Shown here: in pieces, positions 10,374 to 20,200 of the stretch | How the letters are laid out: each line of letters opens with the position of its first letter | How positions within the stretch are numbered: the stretch's first letter is position 1 | Origin: a virus | Taxonomy: Duplodnaviria > Caudoviricetes | Direction: 5' to 3' (one strand) | DNA: 64,000 nt | Virus record (IMG/VR): IMGVR_UViG_3300021400_000131 | Span: 12,648-76,647 of that record | Position numbers and translations under genes: made by a program | The notes under the pieces: model-generated | What the model saw: the letters and a program-made list of their open reading frames with translations, nothing else | What the model was told of the DNA's origin: nothing | Databases searched by the model: none

Positions 10374-10844
10374 TTAGCCAAGGCCGTGTTTCGTTGCTAT
10401 ATTGTTTTTTTCCACGTCGTTGTTGGAGTTGATCCGAATATACGTGATTTGTCCGCCTTGGCTACCGAGTCCGTAAAAATCCGCATACTGATACTCGCTA
10501 TACGTGGCAGCATCGCAGAAGTCACTCAACGGCATCAGTTGATAATTCCACACGTCATTCGAGCCATCCGTAAGACCAGTAATAAGTGCCCAAACAGGCA
10601 GACTTGCACGTACTGCTTCGCCAATCTCAGCAAACGTCTTATCGGCTGTGATGGTGGTACCGCTTTGAGTGTTAGTCACGGTAATTTTTACGATGAAAAG
10701 CTCACCGCCACCGCCACCGCCGCTGCCACCGCCGCCCATGACGGAGCCAAGTGCATTCACGGCCTCGGCAATGGTGCTGCCGCCATCGCCATCGTAGCCC
10801 TGCGCCTCGGCGATGGACATGATTTCTTCCTTGATGGTTGCCAT
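10374..10844 (-). CDS. Array paralog 3
   Basis: MATIKEEIMSIAEAQGYDGDGGSTIAEAVNALG...GGGGSGGG...ADKTFAEI. Confidence 0.85.
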   Translation of the reverse strand: MATIKEEIMSIAEAQGYDGDGGSTIAEAVNALGSVMGGGGSGGGGGGELFIVKITVTNTQSGTTITADKTFAEIGEAVRASLPVWALITGLTDGSNDVWNYQLMPLSDFCDAATYSEYQYADFYGLGSQGGQITYIRINSNNDVEKNNIATKHGLG

Positions 10845-10968
10845 GATGGCCTCCTGTTCTGTTCGTGCCATCGCCGATTGGCGGTGGCGGTTAGCTTGTT
10901 ACCTCGTAGTGCCGTGGCCGACGCGCTGCGCGTGGTGGCTGCTGCACTCGTGGAGTCGGCTGAGACGG

Positions 10969-11427
10969 CTAAGAAAGCATCGTTGACGTGTACTCCTTGT
11001 TGCTGCCGCTGGTGCTTGTAGACGTGATTTTCATCCCCTTTAGGGACCAAGCCCCCATGCCATCGTCCTTTCCGTAGAGGGCATATACATCGACCTTGCA
11101 AGCGTCATCTGATACTTCGGATACTCTATAGCTAGTCGTATTCATATAGCTAATCCCGTCAGAAGGGATAAAGACACCATCAAGGCTAAAGTAGATAAGA
11201 GCGCCCTCGCTGTACAAATCATAGATTTCCTTGTTGGTCTTGTCGGCAATTATCGGACCCGTTTCACTAAAACTAAAGGTGACCTTGACCAGCTTGCCGC
11301 CGCCGCTGCCACCGCCACCCATGACGGTTCCGAGCGCGTTCACTGCCTCGGCAATGGTCTGGGGAGCGTCACCGTCATAGCCATTTGCCTCGGCGATGGC
11401 GACGATCTCTTCTTTCTTCGTAGCCAT
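10969..11427 (-). CDS. Array paralog 2
   Basis: MATKKEEIVAIAEANGYDGDAPQTIAEAVNALG...GGGGSGGG...ADKTNKEI. Confidence 0.85.
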   Translation of the reverse strand: MATKKEEIVAIAEANGYDGDAPQTIAEAVNALGTVMGGGGSGGGKLVKVTFSFSETGPIIADKTNKEIYDLYSEGALIYFSLDGVFIPSDGISYMNTTSYRVSEVSDDACKVDVYALYGKDDGMGAWSLKGMKITSTSTSGSNKEYTSTMLS

Positions 11428-11523
11428 GTGCTACCTACTTTCTGTTTCGCGTTGGTGCGGTGGGTGGAATAGTTGGTTAGAGAGCTAGGTGGGTGACACA
11501 TGCCCCGAAGCCGTCCGGGGCGA

Positions 11524-11985
11524 TTAGGAGCCGAGCGTGCCCCTTGCACCCTTGAAGGTCGTGCCGCTCGGTGCCATTGCAATCAATGACACAGCAACCT
11601 CAGTCTTGTTCATTGATGTGGTTATGGTCACAAGGTAGAACTCAAGGACGGTTACCATGCTTCCCGCGCTCTTGTCATATGTCATGCCAAAAGAGCCAAG
11701 TCTATACACGCAATTGTCATATCCGCTCATGGAGTGGTCGTGGATGACCACGACATCGTAGTTGCCCTCGTTGACGTAGGCAACGGCCTCCTCATAGGTC
11801 ACGTCTGTGGTAAGCACATCGTCACCACCTGTGGCAGTAATGATCATGCCTGCGCCCCCACCAGAGCCGCCACCGCCAACATAGCCAGCAGCAACCTTGA
11901 TGGCCTCAGCCGTGGTTCCCGGCATGTCACCTTCATACCCACCCTCGCGGGCAATAGCTACAAGCTCTTCCTTCTTAGTGGACAT
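11524..11985 (-). CDS. Array paralog 1
   Basis: MSTKKEELVAIAREGGYEGDMPGTTAEAIK...GGGGSGGG...TDVTYEEA. Confidence 0.85.
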   Translation of the reverse strand: MSTKKEELVAIAREGGYEGDMPGTTAEAIKVAAGYVGGGGSGGGAGMIITATGGDDVLTTDVTYEEAVAYVNEGNYDVVVIHDHSMSGYDNCVYRLGSFGMTYDKSAGSMVTVLEFYLVTITTSMNKTEVAVSLIAMAPSGTTFKGARGTLGS

Positions 11986-12001
11986 TCGCCCTCCTTAGAC
12001 A

Positions 12002-12045
12002 GAAAGAGGGCGGGAGAAGATTGCCTTGAGCAACCCCCCCCCCGC
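12002..12045 (-). terminator. G:U-rich hairpin/attenuator ahead of the paralog array
   Basis: Minus strand GCG10UUGC-ucaag-GCAAUCUUCUCCCGC followed by CCUCUUUCU. Confidence 0.5.
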
Positions 12046-12142
12046 ACCAACTTTTCGATTGATACCGGGGCGTTTTCCCACGCCGCCCCATTGGCACGCT
12101 TGGTGGTGCCTCACCATTCCCACGTGGGTGGATGGAGTTCCT

Positions 12143-12517
12143 TTACCTGTGACCCGCGCAAAGCCTGTCGATGCAGACGGGTCTGCCAAGCGCCCTGCTT
12201 GCTGCGGCCACCGCCTCGATGGCATGGCCTTCGACAAGCTGTGCCGCCCACTCCTCGGTTGGCACCCAAGCGCTCGCGGGAATGCCGGAGCGCAGCCGCC
12301 CAAGGAGTCCCCATGACAGCGTGATCGCGTGCGCTATCTCGTGCAGCATCACGCGGTCGAGGAGCGGCGGCATCACCGACTCGCTGACGCATACCGTCCT
12401 CGTCGCTGGGTCAGTGGTGGCGAGCCGTTCGATGCCCGTTCTGTCCGTGAGCCTAGCGTCTCCTGCTGGCACCCTGACAACCCTCCACACGTCCCCGTTG
12501 ATGACGAACGGCCTCAT
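12143..12517 (-). CDS. HExxH Zn-metallopeptidase-like protein (ImmA/IrrE-like)
   Basis: MRPFVINGDVWRVVRV...VMLHEIAHA. Confidence 0.7.
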   Translation of the reverse strand: MRPFVINGDVWRVVRVPAGDARLTDRTGIERLATTDPATRTVCVSESVMPPLLDRVMLHEIAHAITLSWGLLGRLRSGIPASAWVPTEEWAAQLVEGHAIEAVAAASRALGRPVCIDRLCAGHR

Positions 12518-12711
12518 GCTACATGCCGAGCATCTGCCGCAGCTCGCGCTGCTGAGTCCCTGCCGTTGACCTTGATGATGCCGTTCACTGGCTGCTGCAC
12601 GGGCATCGGCTGGGGCTGGTACCCCATAGGAAGCTGCTGCGTGACGCCGTAGCCCTGCGGGACCGTGACCTGTGGCAGGTACGGGTTGTTCCATGTCGGC
12701 GTGTAGGGCAT
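12514..12711 (-). pseudogene. Truncated Gln/Pro-rich phage protein (probable deletion fusion)
   Basis: MPYTPTWNNPY...QQPVNGIIKVNGRDSA ends abruptly; ATGA overlap with the next gene. Confidence 0.45.
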
Positions 12712-12714
12712 TGA

Positions 12715-12885
12715 CTATGCCTTCTCTCTCTCGACGGTTACGACGCGCTCCGTGTGAAGGCACCGCTCGCACGTCAGCTCGACCGTCCTGACCCCATTGA
12801 GGGACCAGTCGGAGTAGAGCAGCATGTACAGCGGTGCGCCGCACTTGGGGCATCGGCGCTCCGTTACTATCGACTCGTCCCTCAT
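12715..12885 (-). CDS. Small Zn-ribbon protein
   Basis: MRDESIVTERRCPKCG...TCERC. Confidence 0.55.
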   Translation of the reverse strand: MRDESIVTERRCPKCGAPLYMLLYSDWSLNGVRTVELTCERCLHTERVVTVEREKA

Positions 12886-13009
12886 GGCAGAAGCCCAGCG
12901 ACGAGCTGTGCCACGGACGAGACGATGTGGAAGATTCCCACGCACGCGAGCAAGATGAGGGCGAGCATCGCGGCGTCGGCCTCCTCTATGCTCGTGTGCC
13001 GACGCCGCC

Positions 13010-13774
13010 TCACTTGACCACCCTGCCGAAGTCGCAGGTGGCAATCGCGGTGTACAGGCGCTTCTTGGTGCGTGGCCCGATGTGGGTTGCCCAGACGTAT
13101 CCGTTGCCGATAACCACGCCGTCGAACGTCCACTGGTCGCCAGCGTCGAAGTGGGTGACCTTCTTGCCCGTCTTGGTGCTGGGCGCGTCGCGGACGTTGG
13201 TGAACTTGTTGAACTCGTACTCGAACGTCATGGGAATCACCTTCGTCGCTGTGCTTGTGGTGGCAGACGTTGTGCCGTAGCTGACCTTGACCGCCTCTAT
13301 GGTGCCGTCGCCAGCGCGGTTCGGCTGGCTGTAGCCGTGGGCGCTGTGGTCGATGAGGTGGTCCATCACCTGTGCCGCGACCTCTGCCGCAGGGATGCCG
13401 TTGACGGTCTTGCCGCCCTCGTAGCGCAGGAGCTTGGTCCAACTGCCCTGACGGTACGCCGAGCGGGCAATCTCGCCGCCCGTCTGGTCGCCCCTGTTGG
13501 GGCCAGTGATGCCGCCGTACTCATCGATGCGTGCGCCACCTTGCATGTTGTTGCCCAAGTACATCTCCGTGTGACCCTCGCGCCAGAGCACGTCGCCGCG
13601 CTGCGGGGACGATAGGCTGCGCTGCACGAAGCCGTTCTCGGCCAGCAGCTCAAGCTCGTTGCCTGTCCACATATACGAACCATAGGGAAGCACGTCTGCC
13701 GCGCGGTAGCACATGCGCACAGCCTCGGAGCAGTCAGCGTCGCCTCCGTGGATATAGACCGTGGCCGTCGCCAT
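13010..13774 (-). CDS. Endolysin: NlpC/P60-type amidase/peptidase plus SH3b cell-wall-binding domain
   Basis: DCS catalytic Cys, PQRGDVLWREGHT His, GDQTGGEI; C-terminal NVRDAPST...NGYVW SH3_5 pattern. Confidence 0.85.
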   Translation of the reverse strand: MATATVYIHGGDADCSEAVRMCYRAADVLPYGSYMWTGNELELLAENGFVQRSLSSPQRGDVLWREGHTEMYLGNNMQGGARIDEYGGITGPNRGDQTGGEIARSAYRQGSWTKLLRYEGGKTVNGIPAAEVAAQVMDHLIDHSAHGYSQPNRAGDGTIEAVKVSYGTTSATTSTATKVIPMTFEYEFNKFTNVRDAPSTKTGKKVTHFDAGDQWTFDGVVIGNGYVWATHIGPRTKKRLYTAIATCDFGRVVK

Positions 13775-13776
13775 CG

Positions 13777-13989
13777 CTACTCCTCCGTGGGCTTGGCGGT
13801 GTAGGTGCTGATGCCCATCACAGCGCACAGGAAGGTGTACACGACCGCGATGGTGCGGGTCACCTCGTCGGCGTAGGGCCAGCCCCAGATGCCAGCGAGT
13901 CCGGCATACAGGACCGACACGGCGGGCATGACCACGGTGACAATGAACTTGATGAGGTCGTAGACGTGATTGGGAAGCATGTAGGTCAT
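13777..13989 (-). CDS. Holin (Dp-1 family)
   Basis: LPNHVYDLIKFIVTVVMPA...YADEVTRTI..TFLCAVMGIS; two TM segments; directly upstream of the lysin. Confidence 0.85.
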   Translation of the reverse strand: MTYMLPNHVYDLIKFIVTVVMPAVSVLYAGLAGIWGWPYADEVTRTIAVVYTFLCAVMGISTYTAKPTEE

Positions 13990-13993
13990 GGTT

Positions 13994-14440
13994 CTACTCC
14001 TTCTTCTGGTGCTCTCGGTCAGGCAGGTCCATGACCTGTTTGACCAACTGCTCGACGAAGTGGTTCTTGATGCCGTGCTTGGCGCATATGTCGCAGTAGA
14101 CCTCGTACTCGGCCCAAAGGCTGTCCTTCTCCTCGGTGGACGCGCACTTGAGGTCATCCATGTAGCGGTGAATCTTGTGCGTGATGTCGGAGCGCATCTG
14201 CGTGCACTGCGCCTCTAGCACGGACTCGATCTTGGTGTCCTGGCAGTTCATGCGCTTGTCGATGTCCTCGCGCCACTCGGCCTCTGCCTTGCGCTTGGCG
14301 TCGGTGGCCTCCTTGTCCTTGTCCATGCGCTCTGAAATCTTGCGCTGGCCCAGGTTGACCATCGCCTGACCGAAGCAGATGAGGATTGATGCCACGATGG
14401 GCGCTGCCCATCCGATGAGTCTGGATAGCTGTGCGTCCAT
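13994..14440 (-). CDS. Lysis-module membrane protein (N-terminal TM plus coiled coil)
   Basis: One TM helix and a YxxYxxxGxxNHF-like C-terminus; position before the holin. Confidence 0.6.
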   Translation of the reverse strand: MDAQLSRLIGWAAPIVASILICFGQAMVNLGQRKISERMDKDKEATDAKRKAEAEWREDIDKRMNCQDTKIESVLEAQCTQMRSDITHKIHRYMDDLKCASTEEKDSLWAEYEVYCDICAKHGIKNHFVEQLVKQVMDLPDREHQKKE

Positions 14441-14554
14441 GCGCGGTTTTCTCCTTGGGTAATGAAAAAGGCCACCCAGACGGATGGCCTTCGTAGCTGT
14501 TTAGACAACTGTGCTACAGGTAACACTATAGCATTCTTGCTTTAATTTGTCCAC

Positions 14555-14665
14555 CTAGAGCGTAAGCAGGATGGCTACCTCTAGCACCGCCACCGCGAAC
14601 GCGATGGCAAGGCAGACGCGGAACTGAGCTTGCAGGTGCCTCTCGTGCGGTGACGGGTATGGCAT
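14555..14665 (-). CDS. 36-aa single-TM peptide
   Basis: Manual translation MPYPSPHERHLQAQFRVCLAIAFAVAVLEVAILLTL; RBS GGAGG overlaps the upstream stop. Confidence 0.5.
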   Translation of the reverse strand: MPYPSPHERHLQAQFRVCLAIAFAVAVLEVAILLTL

Positions 14666-14667
14666 GG

Positions 14668-14892
14668 CTACGCCTCCTGACCGTAACAACGGCTTTCCAG
14701 CACGAAGCAATGGTTGTTCATCAGCACGGCACCGTGCACGGGCAAGCCGCTTACCGCTGCCGCTGCAAGGACGCTATGGAACTTGCTCTCTGCCTCCTCG
14801 CGCGTGTCATGCTGGGTGACGAGGTTCGCGACCTTTCCGTCCTCCATGGTTTGCAGCTCTACGACTACATACTTCTCCACTGTGACTCCCAT
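14668..14892 (-). CDS. Small tail-associated hypothetical protein
   Basis: 74-aa ORF directly after the distal tail gene. Confidence 0.6.
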   Translation of the reverse strand: MGVTVEKYVVVELQTMEDGKVANLVTQHDTREEAESKFHSVLAAAAVSGLPVHGAVLMNNHCFVLESRCYGQEA

Positions 14893-16218
14893 CTAGTTGA
14901 GGCGTACTGCGGTAATCCATGTGTCTCCCGCACCGCTGGTTATCGACGCGCTTCCAGCCAGATACACCGTTGTCTTGGAGCTGAACGTGCGGAGCGCGGA
15001 TACGTTGAGAACGGCGAAGTTGCCGCTCGACTGCCTGATGCGGACGCGCTCGCCCCATAGGGTGCCCGACGCGCCCGAGCGGAAGCCCACTTGCATGTTG
15101 CGGTCGCCGCTGGCCGACGCGCTGTTGAACGTCCATGCGCCAACGAACATGTAGGAGCCAGCGGGAATCGTGATGCGCGGCCCATTGGTGTACGTGTCGA
15201 TTCCTGCCGTCGTGATGGCATAGCTCCCGCTGTTCTGGTAGCGGGTCGGGTCGCCGAGCTGGAGGTACGTGCTGAGGCTTGAGTCGTACGGGTCTGAGAA
15301 CCTGATGGTTTTCATGCCGTTTATGTTCATATCCGTGCGGCCGTTGAAGTTGTTGATGTCGATGTCGCTGTAGTTGTACTCGCCACCTATCTCGACTATC
15401 ATCCGCGACCCCTCGGGGTCGGCCTCGACTATCATGCCCGCGCCGTGGCGCTCGTACCCTCCCGAGTCGAGGTACGTCGCGCCGACGTATCCCGCGTCAG
15501 CCGAGTCGCGCATGGTGATGAGCTGGCGGTTGTTAATGCCTTTGAGAACATCGACGGAGTTGCCGTCTATGCTCACGTGAATGTCGGCGTCGCGACCTAT
15601 CTGCGCTCCCGTGCCGAGCAGGCGGGCGATGATGTTGCTACTCTCGTTGCCCTCGCCGTCGTAGATGGCGATGCCGCTCGGCAGGATTGCTAGCAGGTTG
15701 TTGGTCCCGTCGCGGAAGAGCTGGCCGATGCTGTTGATGAGCACGTTCGCCCCCGTCTGCGCCGCCTGCCACGCCTCCTGCGTGGCCTCCGTGACGTGGA
15801 TGCCGCTGGTGTCGGCCCAGAAGTGCTGGTTGACGGCATCCGCGACGGCCTGTGCAGCCTCGGCGATGTTGAGGGACGCGGCGACCCTGCCGCCCAAGCC
15901 TGACACGGCCTTCCTGACGGGCGCAAGCGCCTCGCCCACGAACCGCCCACCGACGCTTGGGCTTGTGCTGTTGCCCGTGATCGTGACGCCGTTGTTCTCG
16001 ATGTTGTACGTCACCGTGTCACCAGGCTGTGCCTCGGCGACGATGCCTCCCGCAACGGGCGTGTCGAAGTCGTTACCGGGGATGCGCACCCAGCCGACGC
16101 CGGACTCGTCTCGGCGCACGAACGTCGCTGTGCCCCTTCCGCTCGGGGCAGCAGCGTCCTTCGGGGTAAGCGCCTTCTTGAGTGCCCATGCCACGCGGGC
16201 GCTTATGTCCTCTGCCAC
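14893..16218 (-). CDS. Distal tail / receptor-binding candidate
   Basis: 441 aa, last large tail gene; beta-rich C-terminal domain (TIPAGSYMFVGAW). Confidence 0.65.
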   Translation of the reverse strand: MAEDISARVAWALKKALTPKDAAAPSGRGTATFVRRDESGVGWVRIPGNDFDTPVAGGIVAEAQPGDTVTYNIENNGVTITGNSTSPSVGGRFVGEALAPVRKAVSGLGGRVAASLNIAEAAQAVADAVNQHFWADTSGIHVTEATQEAWQAAQTGANVLINSIGQLFRDGTNNLLAILPSGIAIYDGEGNESSNIIARLLGTGAQIGRDADIHVSIDGNSVDVLKGINNRQLITMRDSADAGYVGATYLDSGGYERHGAGMIVEADPEGSRMIVEIGGEYNYSDIDINNFNGRTDMNINGMKTIRFSDPYDSSLSTYLQLGDPTRYQNSGSYAITTAGIDTYTNGPRITIPAGSYMFVGAWTFNSASASGDRNMQVGFRSGASGTLWGERVRIRQSSGNFAVLNVSALRTFSSKTTVYLAGSASITSGAGDTWITAVRLN

Positions 16219-17249
16219 GTCTTGACCTCCATCCTAGATTCCTCCTCGACCACAATTCCCACCTCACACTTGACCGACTGGCGCATCACGCGCATGTCGC
16301 CGTCGAGCCTGACCGACGCGAGGGAGCCGCGCACGAGGTCGTGCGGACACACGTCGGGCCACCACTCGCGCGAGTAGGTGCGCGAGTCGTAGACGGTTGA
16401 CTCCTCCTCAAGGCGTCGCGCCGCGTATGCCGCAAGCGTCTCGCCGTTGACCCTCACGGGTGACTCGTCCCTCACGTCATGGACCCACCCGCGATGGACG
16501 GTGGACGTGACGGAGAGCGGGTCATCGTTGATGGCCGTCGCCTCGTCGCTGTTCTCTATGGCTCTGTAGCGGTTGGGAACCTCACTGTAGTCGAGCGCGT
16601 AGTGGACCCCCGTGTGGACCAGACGTGCGTGCGCGGCGTCGAGCTGCAACGCGGGGACTGTCGGCTTCGCCACCACGCGCACCGTGCCGTCGCCCGCTAT
16701 GCGCAGGACGTGGTTGCCAGCGTCGAGCACCTTCCACACGGCCTCAAGCGCGAACGTGCCTGGGTCGAACACAAGGTGCTCGTCAAGCGTGAAGCCACCG
16801 CCAACCTCCACGGGCGCGTTGATGCAGTCGCGCAGCACCGACGCGCACCACTGTGCGCCATCGACACCCTGCGGCGCATAGGAGCCGTCCGAGAGCATCG
16901 TGACGGAGGCGGGGTAGAGGACGGAGCGGCCCTGTATGTTGCGCTCGTCGGAGCTGTGGTCTATGTCGCCATCGACAAGCGAGCATTGCAGCGTGCAGAC
17001 GTTGACGCGCTCAAGCTCGCCGTTCTGCTGGGCGGTCATAACAACGCGGTAGTAGCCCTCCTCGAAGCCCTCGCCGACTGGCGTGACTGACGTGAGGGAG
17101 CCGCGCCCCAGAAGGGGCGCGTCCTCGTCCATCGTAGTCTCGTAGGTGACCGCCGTGATGCCGCCAAGAGGCTCGCCGTCAGCCCATGTGTCCTTGTTGA
17201 CCCGGAACACGCGCCACGTTGCGCTGTACCCGGCCCTCCAATCAATCAT
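16203..17249 (-). CDS. Minor tail (baseplate hub-like) protein
   Basis: MIDWRAGYSATWRVFRVNKDTWAD...; position after the large tail gene. Confidence 0.7.
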   Translation of the reverse strand: MIDWRAGYSATWRVFRVNKDTWADGEPLGGITAVTYETTMDEDAPLLGRGSLTSVTPVGEGFEEGYYRVVMTAQQNGELERVNVCTLQCSLVDGDIDHSSDERNIQGRSVLYPASVTMLSDGSYAPQGVDGAQWCASVLRDCINAPVEVGGGFTLDEHLVFDPGTFALEAVWKVLDAGNHVLRIAGDGTVRVVAKPTVPALQLDAAHARLVHTGVHYALDYSEVPNRYRAIENSDEATAINDDPLSVTSTVHRGWVHDVRDESPVRVNGETLAAYAARRLEEESTVYDSRTYSREWWPDVCPHDLVRGSLASVRLDGDMRVMRQSVKCEVGIVVEEESRMEVKTWQRT

Positions 17250-17250
17250 G

Positions 17251-20200
17251 CTATGGCTCCTCAGACTCCTCGACGGTTGCCACGTATCGCGTCAGCGCAA
17301 CCTCGTCCGCGTCGATGGTGACCGCGAGCGCGTAGCTCCTGCGCTGACCGCCCATGCTGTTGACCTGCACGTTGGCCTCGTAGGCGCAGCCATCGGGCGT
17401 GCGCACGAAGCACGACCCCGCGTAACTCGCAAGCCGCCTGAGCGCCACCACCTTGTCCTGCTCCCACACGCGGATGATGTCGGAGTTGTAGGTTCCCTTG
17501 CGCTCCGTGCCCTCGTTCCAGTAGCCGTCGATCGAGCCGTCCAGCTTGTGTCGGCTCTCGAAGTCCTTGGTGTAGGCGTCGGTCACCGAGAGGTTGTAGG
17601 GAAGCTCCACGTACTCCTCGCCGAAGTCGATACGCAAGTCCTTGCCGGGAAGCTCATACTCGAAGTCATCCCAGGCAATGTCGCCATCGACGGTGCGGCA
17701 CGCGATGCGGTATCCGTACTCCCCCGTGCCATACGGCGCGTAGGGGTCGGTCACGGTGCCGCCAATCTCGACGCCCTCTGCCACGAGGTAGTATCCATCG
17801 GGCGTGGAGCGCCACACGTCGTAGAGGTCGGTTTCCTCGTAGCTGTCGGTCGGTGCCGCGAGCGTGATGGAGCACTGCCGTACCCTGATGCCATCCTCGT
17901 CAGTCACGTCGCTCGGCGTGATGGCGATGCCGTCATAGCTGGTCGGTGCCTGATGCGCCCAAGCGACAAGAAACTCGCACTCAGCCGCCTCGGAGGTGAG
18001 GCCCGTCTGGTCTGTCGCGCGTGCAGTCACCGAGTAGAGCGCACCGTCTCTCAGGTCAAGCCCGTCAGGCGCGAGGATGACGCCCTCGAATGCGTCCGCG
18101 TCCTCGTCGGCCTGCTGCCAGTCGGACGCGCTGCTGCCCTCCACGAGCTGCACGAGGACACGGGAGCCAACCACGGACGGTGAGGCGGCGACCATGACGT
18201 AGGTGCCAGTCTCGTCATCCATGAGCGTGTGGGTGAGAACCACGTGGTATCCAGCGACGCCCTCGCCAGCGATGGCGGTTGTCGTGCTTCCCGCCGTCGT
18301 GGCGTCACCGATGATTGCGCCGTCCGCATCGACGGGAACGAGCGACACCTGCCACTGCTCGTCAACCTCCTCCGGCGGCTCGCCCTCCTCAGGCACCTCC
18401 TGCGGCACGACCTCGACTTTGGCGGTGTAGGTGGTGCCCTCAGTGGCGGCAACGGGGCTTATAGTGCGGAGTCGCGCACCATCGGTCGTGAGCCAGCGCA
18501 CGCCCTCGCTGTCGATGGTGTAGTAGCCATTAACCCACTTGGACGGGTCGTTGGTGAGGAGGTTCGCCGACGCGGGCCTGCTGATCGCGGCCCACGTGGG
18601 GGTCACCGTGTCGGACCACATCACGTCGCCCGCCATCTGCCTGAGCTGCCCCAGCGCACCGACATCGACGCCCTGTGCCCTCACGGTCACGGCAACGTTC
18701 GACGTGGGCGACGAGCCGCGCACACGGAGGACGAGCGGCTGTGCCGTCACGTCGCCAGCGGTGAACGTGGTGCCGTCGTATGCGCCAGCCTCGACCGAGA
18801 GCGTGGGTGGCTTTGCGATGACGATTACCGACTCCTCGGACTGCGACGTGCCGCCGCCCGTATGGACGATGACGGAGATGCGGACGTTGCCATTGGAGTC
18901 TGCCGACGCCTGTAGCTCGTCTGCCGCGAGCGTGCAGGAGCCGAGCGCGTCCGTGCCACTCTTGAGCACTCTGCCGTCGCTCACTATCTCCCAAGCGGTC
19001 TGGGTGCCGCCGTCGAACGCCCACGACACCGCGCAGTCGCTCCCGATGGGGACCGATGCTGGTGCGGTGAGCGTGACAGCGCCGGGTGCCACAGACGGCG
19101 TGACGGTCCTTGCGTCAGACCACGGCGAATAGGTGGTGTCGGCATCGTCGCGCTCAAGGTAGCGACGCGCCTTGATGTAGTAGTTCGTCCCCTGCTCAAG
19201 GCCGCGCACATCGACGGTGCATGACTTGTCCCACTCGGTCGCGGACGCCGCTTTCGGGTCATCGTCCCACGTTACCTCGAAGGTGTCGGGCTGGTCGGTT
19301 GAGGTCCATGCGTCCTCGCGGTCGGACCATGCGACCTCAGTGCCCGTGTTGCTGTCGTTGGCGTAGCCCACGGTCACCATAGCCCCAAGGCCGTCATCAG
19401 CGCTCGTACACGAGACGATGGCACACTGGTCATCCTCCGCTGTCGGTGCGGGGGTATACAGCTCCTTGAGCTGGTAGTAGTCGGAGTAGCGGTAGAAGCC
19501 ATCCTCGATCTGGTTCCAGCTCTTGATGCGCACCCACGAGCGCTTGCCCTCAGTCTCGGGGATGACGAGCGACATGTCCACAGAGAGCGCTGTGCATTCG
19601 CCATCGTCAGGAACGCCGACATCGCGCCAGTTGTCCTCCTCGGTTGCGGGGATGTCGGACGCCCTCTCGTAATCGACGTTCGCAAGCACCTGTAGCCTCA
19701 CGCCCGTTGACGGGTGCTCCTTCGTCCTCATCAGGTCGATTGGGATTGTGACCTTGCCAAGCTGCTCGCGCGACGGGCAGCTCACCTGCTCAGTGAGGAT
19801 GACTGGCTTGTTGGGCCAGCTCACGTAGATTTCCTGCGACGCATCCGCAGAAGGCCCTGAGTAGCCGCGTGCCTGGGCGGTGACGCGGACGCGGACGTAC
19901 TGCTCGTAGGTAAGGTGAAAGCGGTCCTCGACATCGTACTCTGCCGTGTAGCTCGTGGCTTCGGTGTACTTGACGATGCTGGTGTTGCGGTCAGCACCCG
20001 TCTTTCGGGTGTCCTCGACATCGATGGTCACCCTCGTGTTGAGGCGGTCGCGGTAGTCGTTGCCCTCGTCGCTCTTTATGGTGCAGGAAACGTGGCCCGT
20101 GTCCTCAGCGTGCTCAAACGACGAGACTTCCGGCGTGCGTGAGACGCCGTAGGAGCGCGTGGCCGTTCTCGTCGGCCCCTTGCCCTTCGAGTTGTAGCCA

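Noticed and set aside
9625-11985. Diversity-generating retroelement or shufflon behind the paralog array
   Set aside because: No reverse transcriptase or invertase in the window; differences are not adenine-specific; all copies are co-oriented.
12034-12043. C10 tract as a phase-variable promoter
   Set aside because: No -35/-10 around it; on the minus strand the G-run is explained as one arm of a G:U-rich hairpin. A 10-bp inverted match to the array leader (CCGCACCAAC) is too short to interpret.
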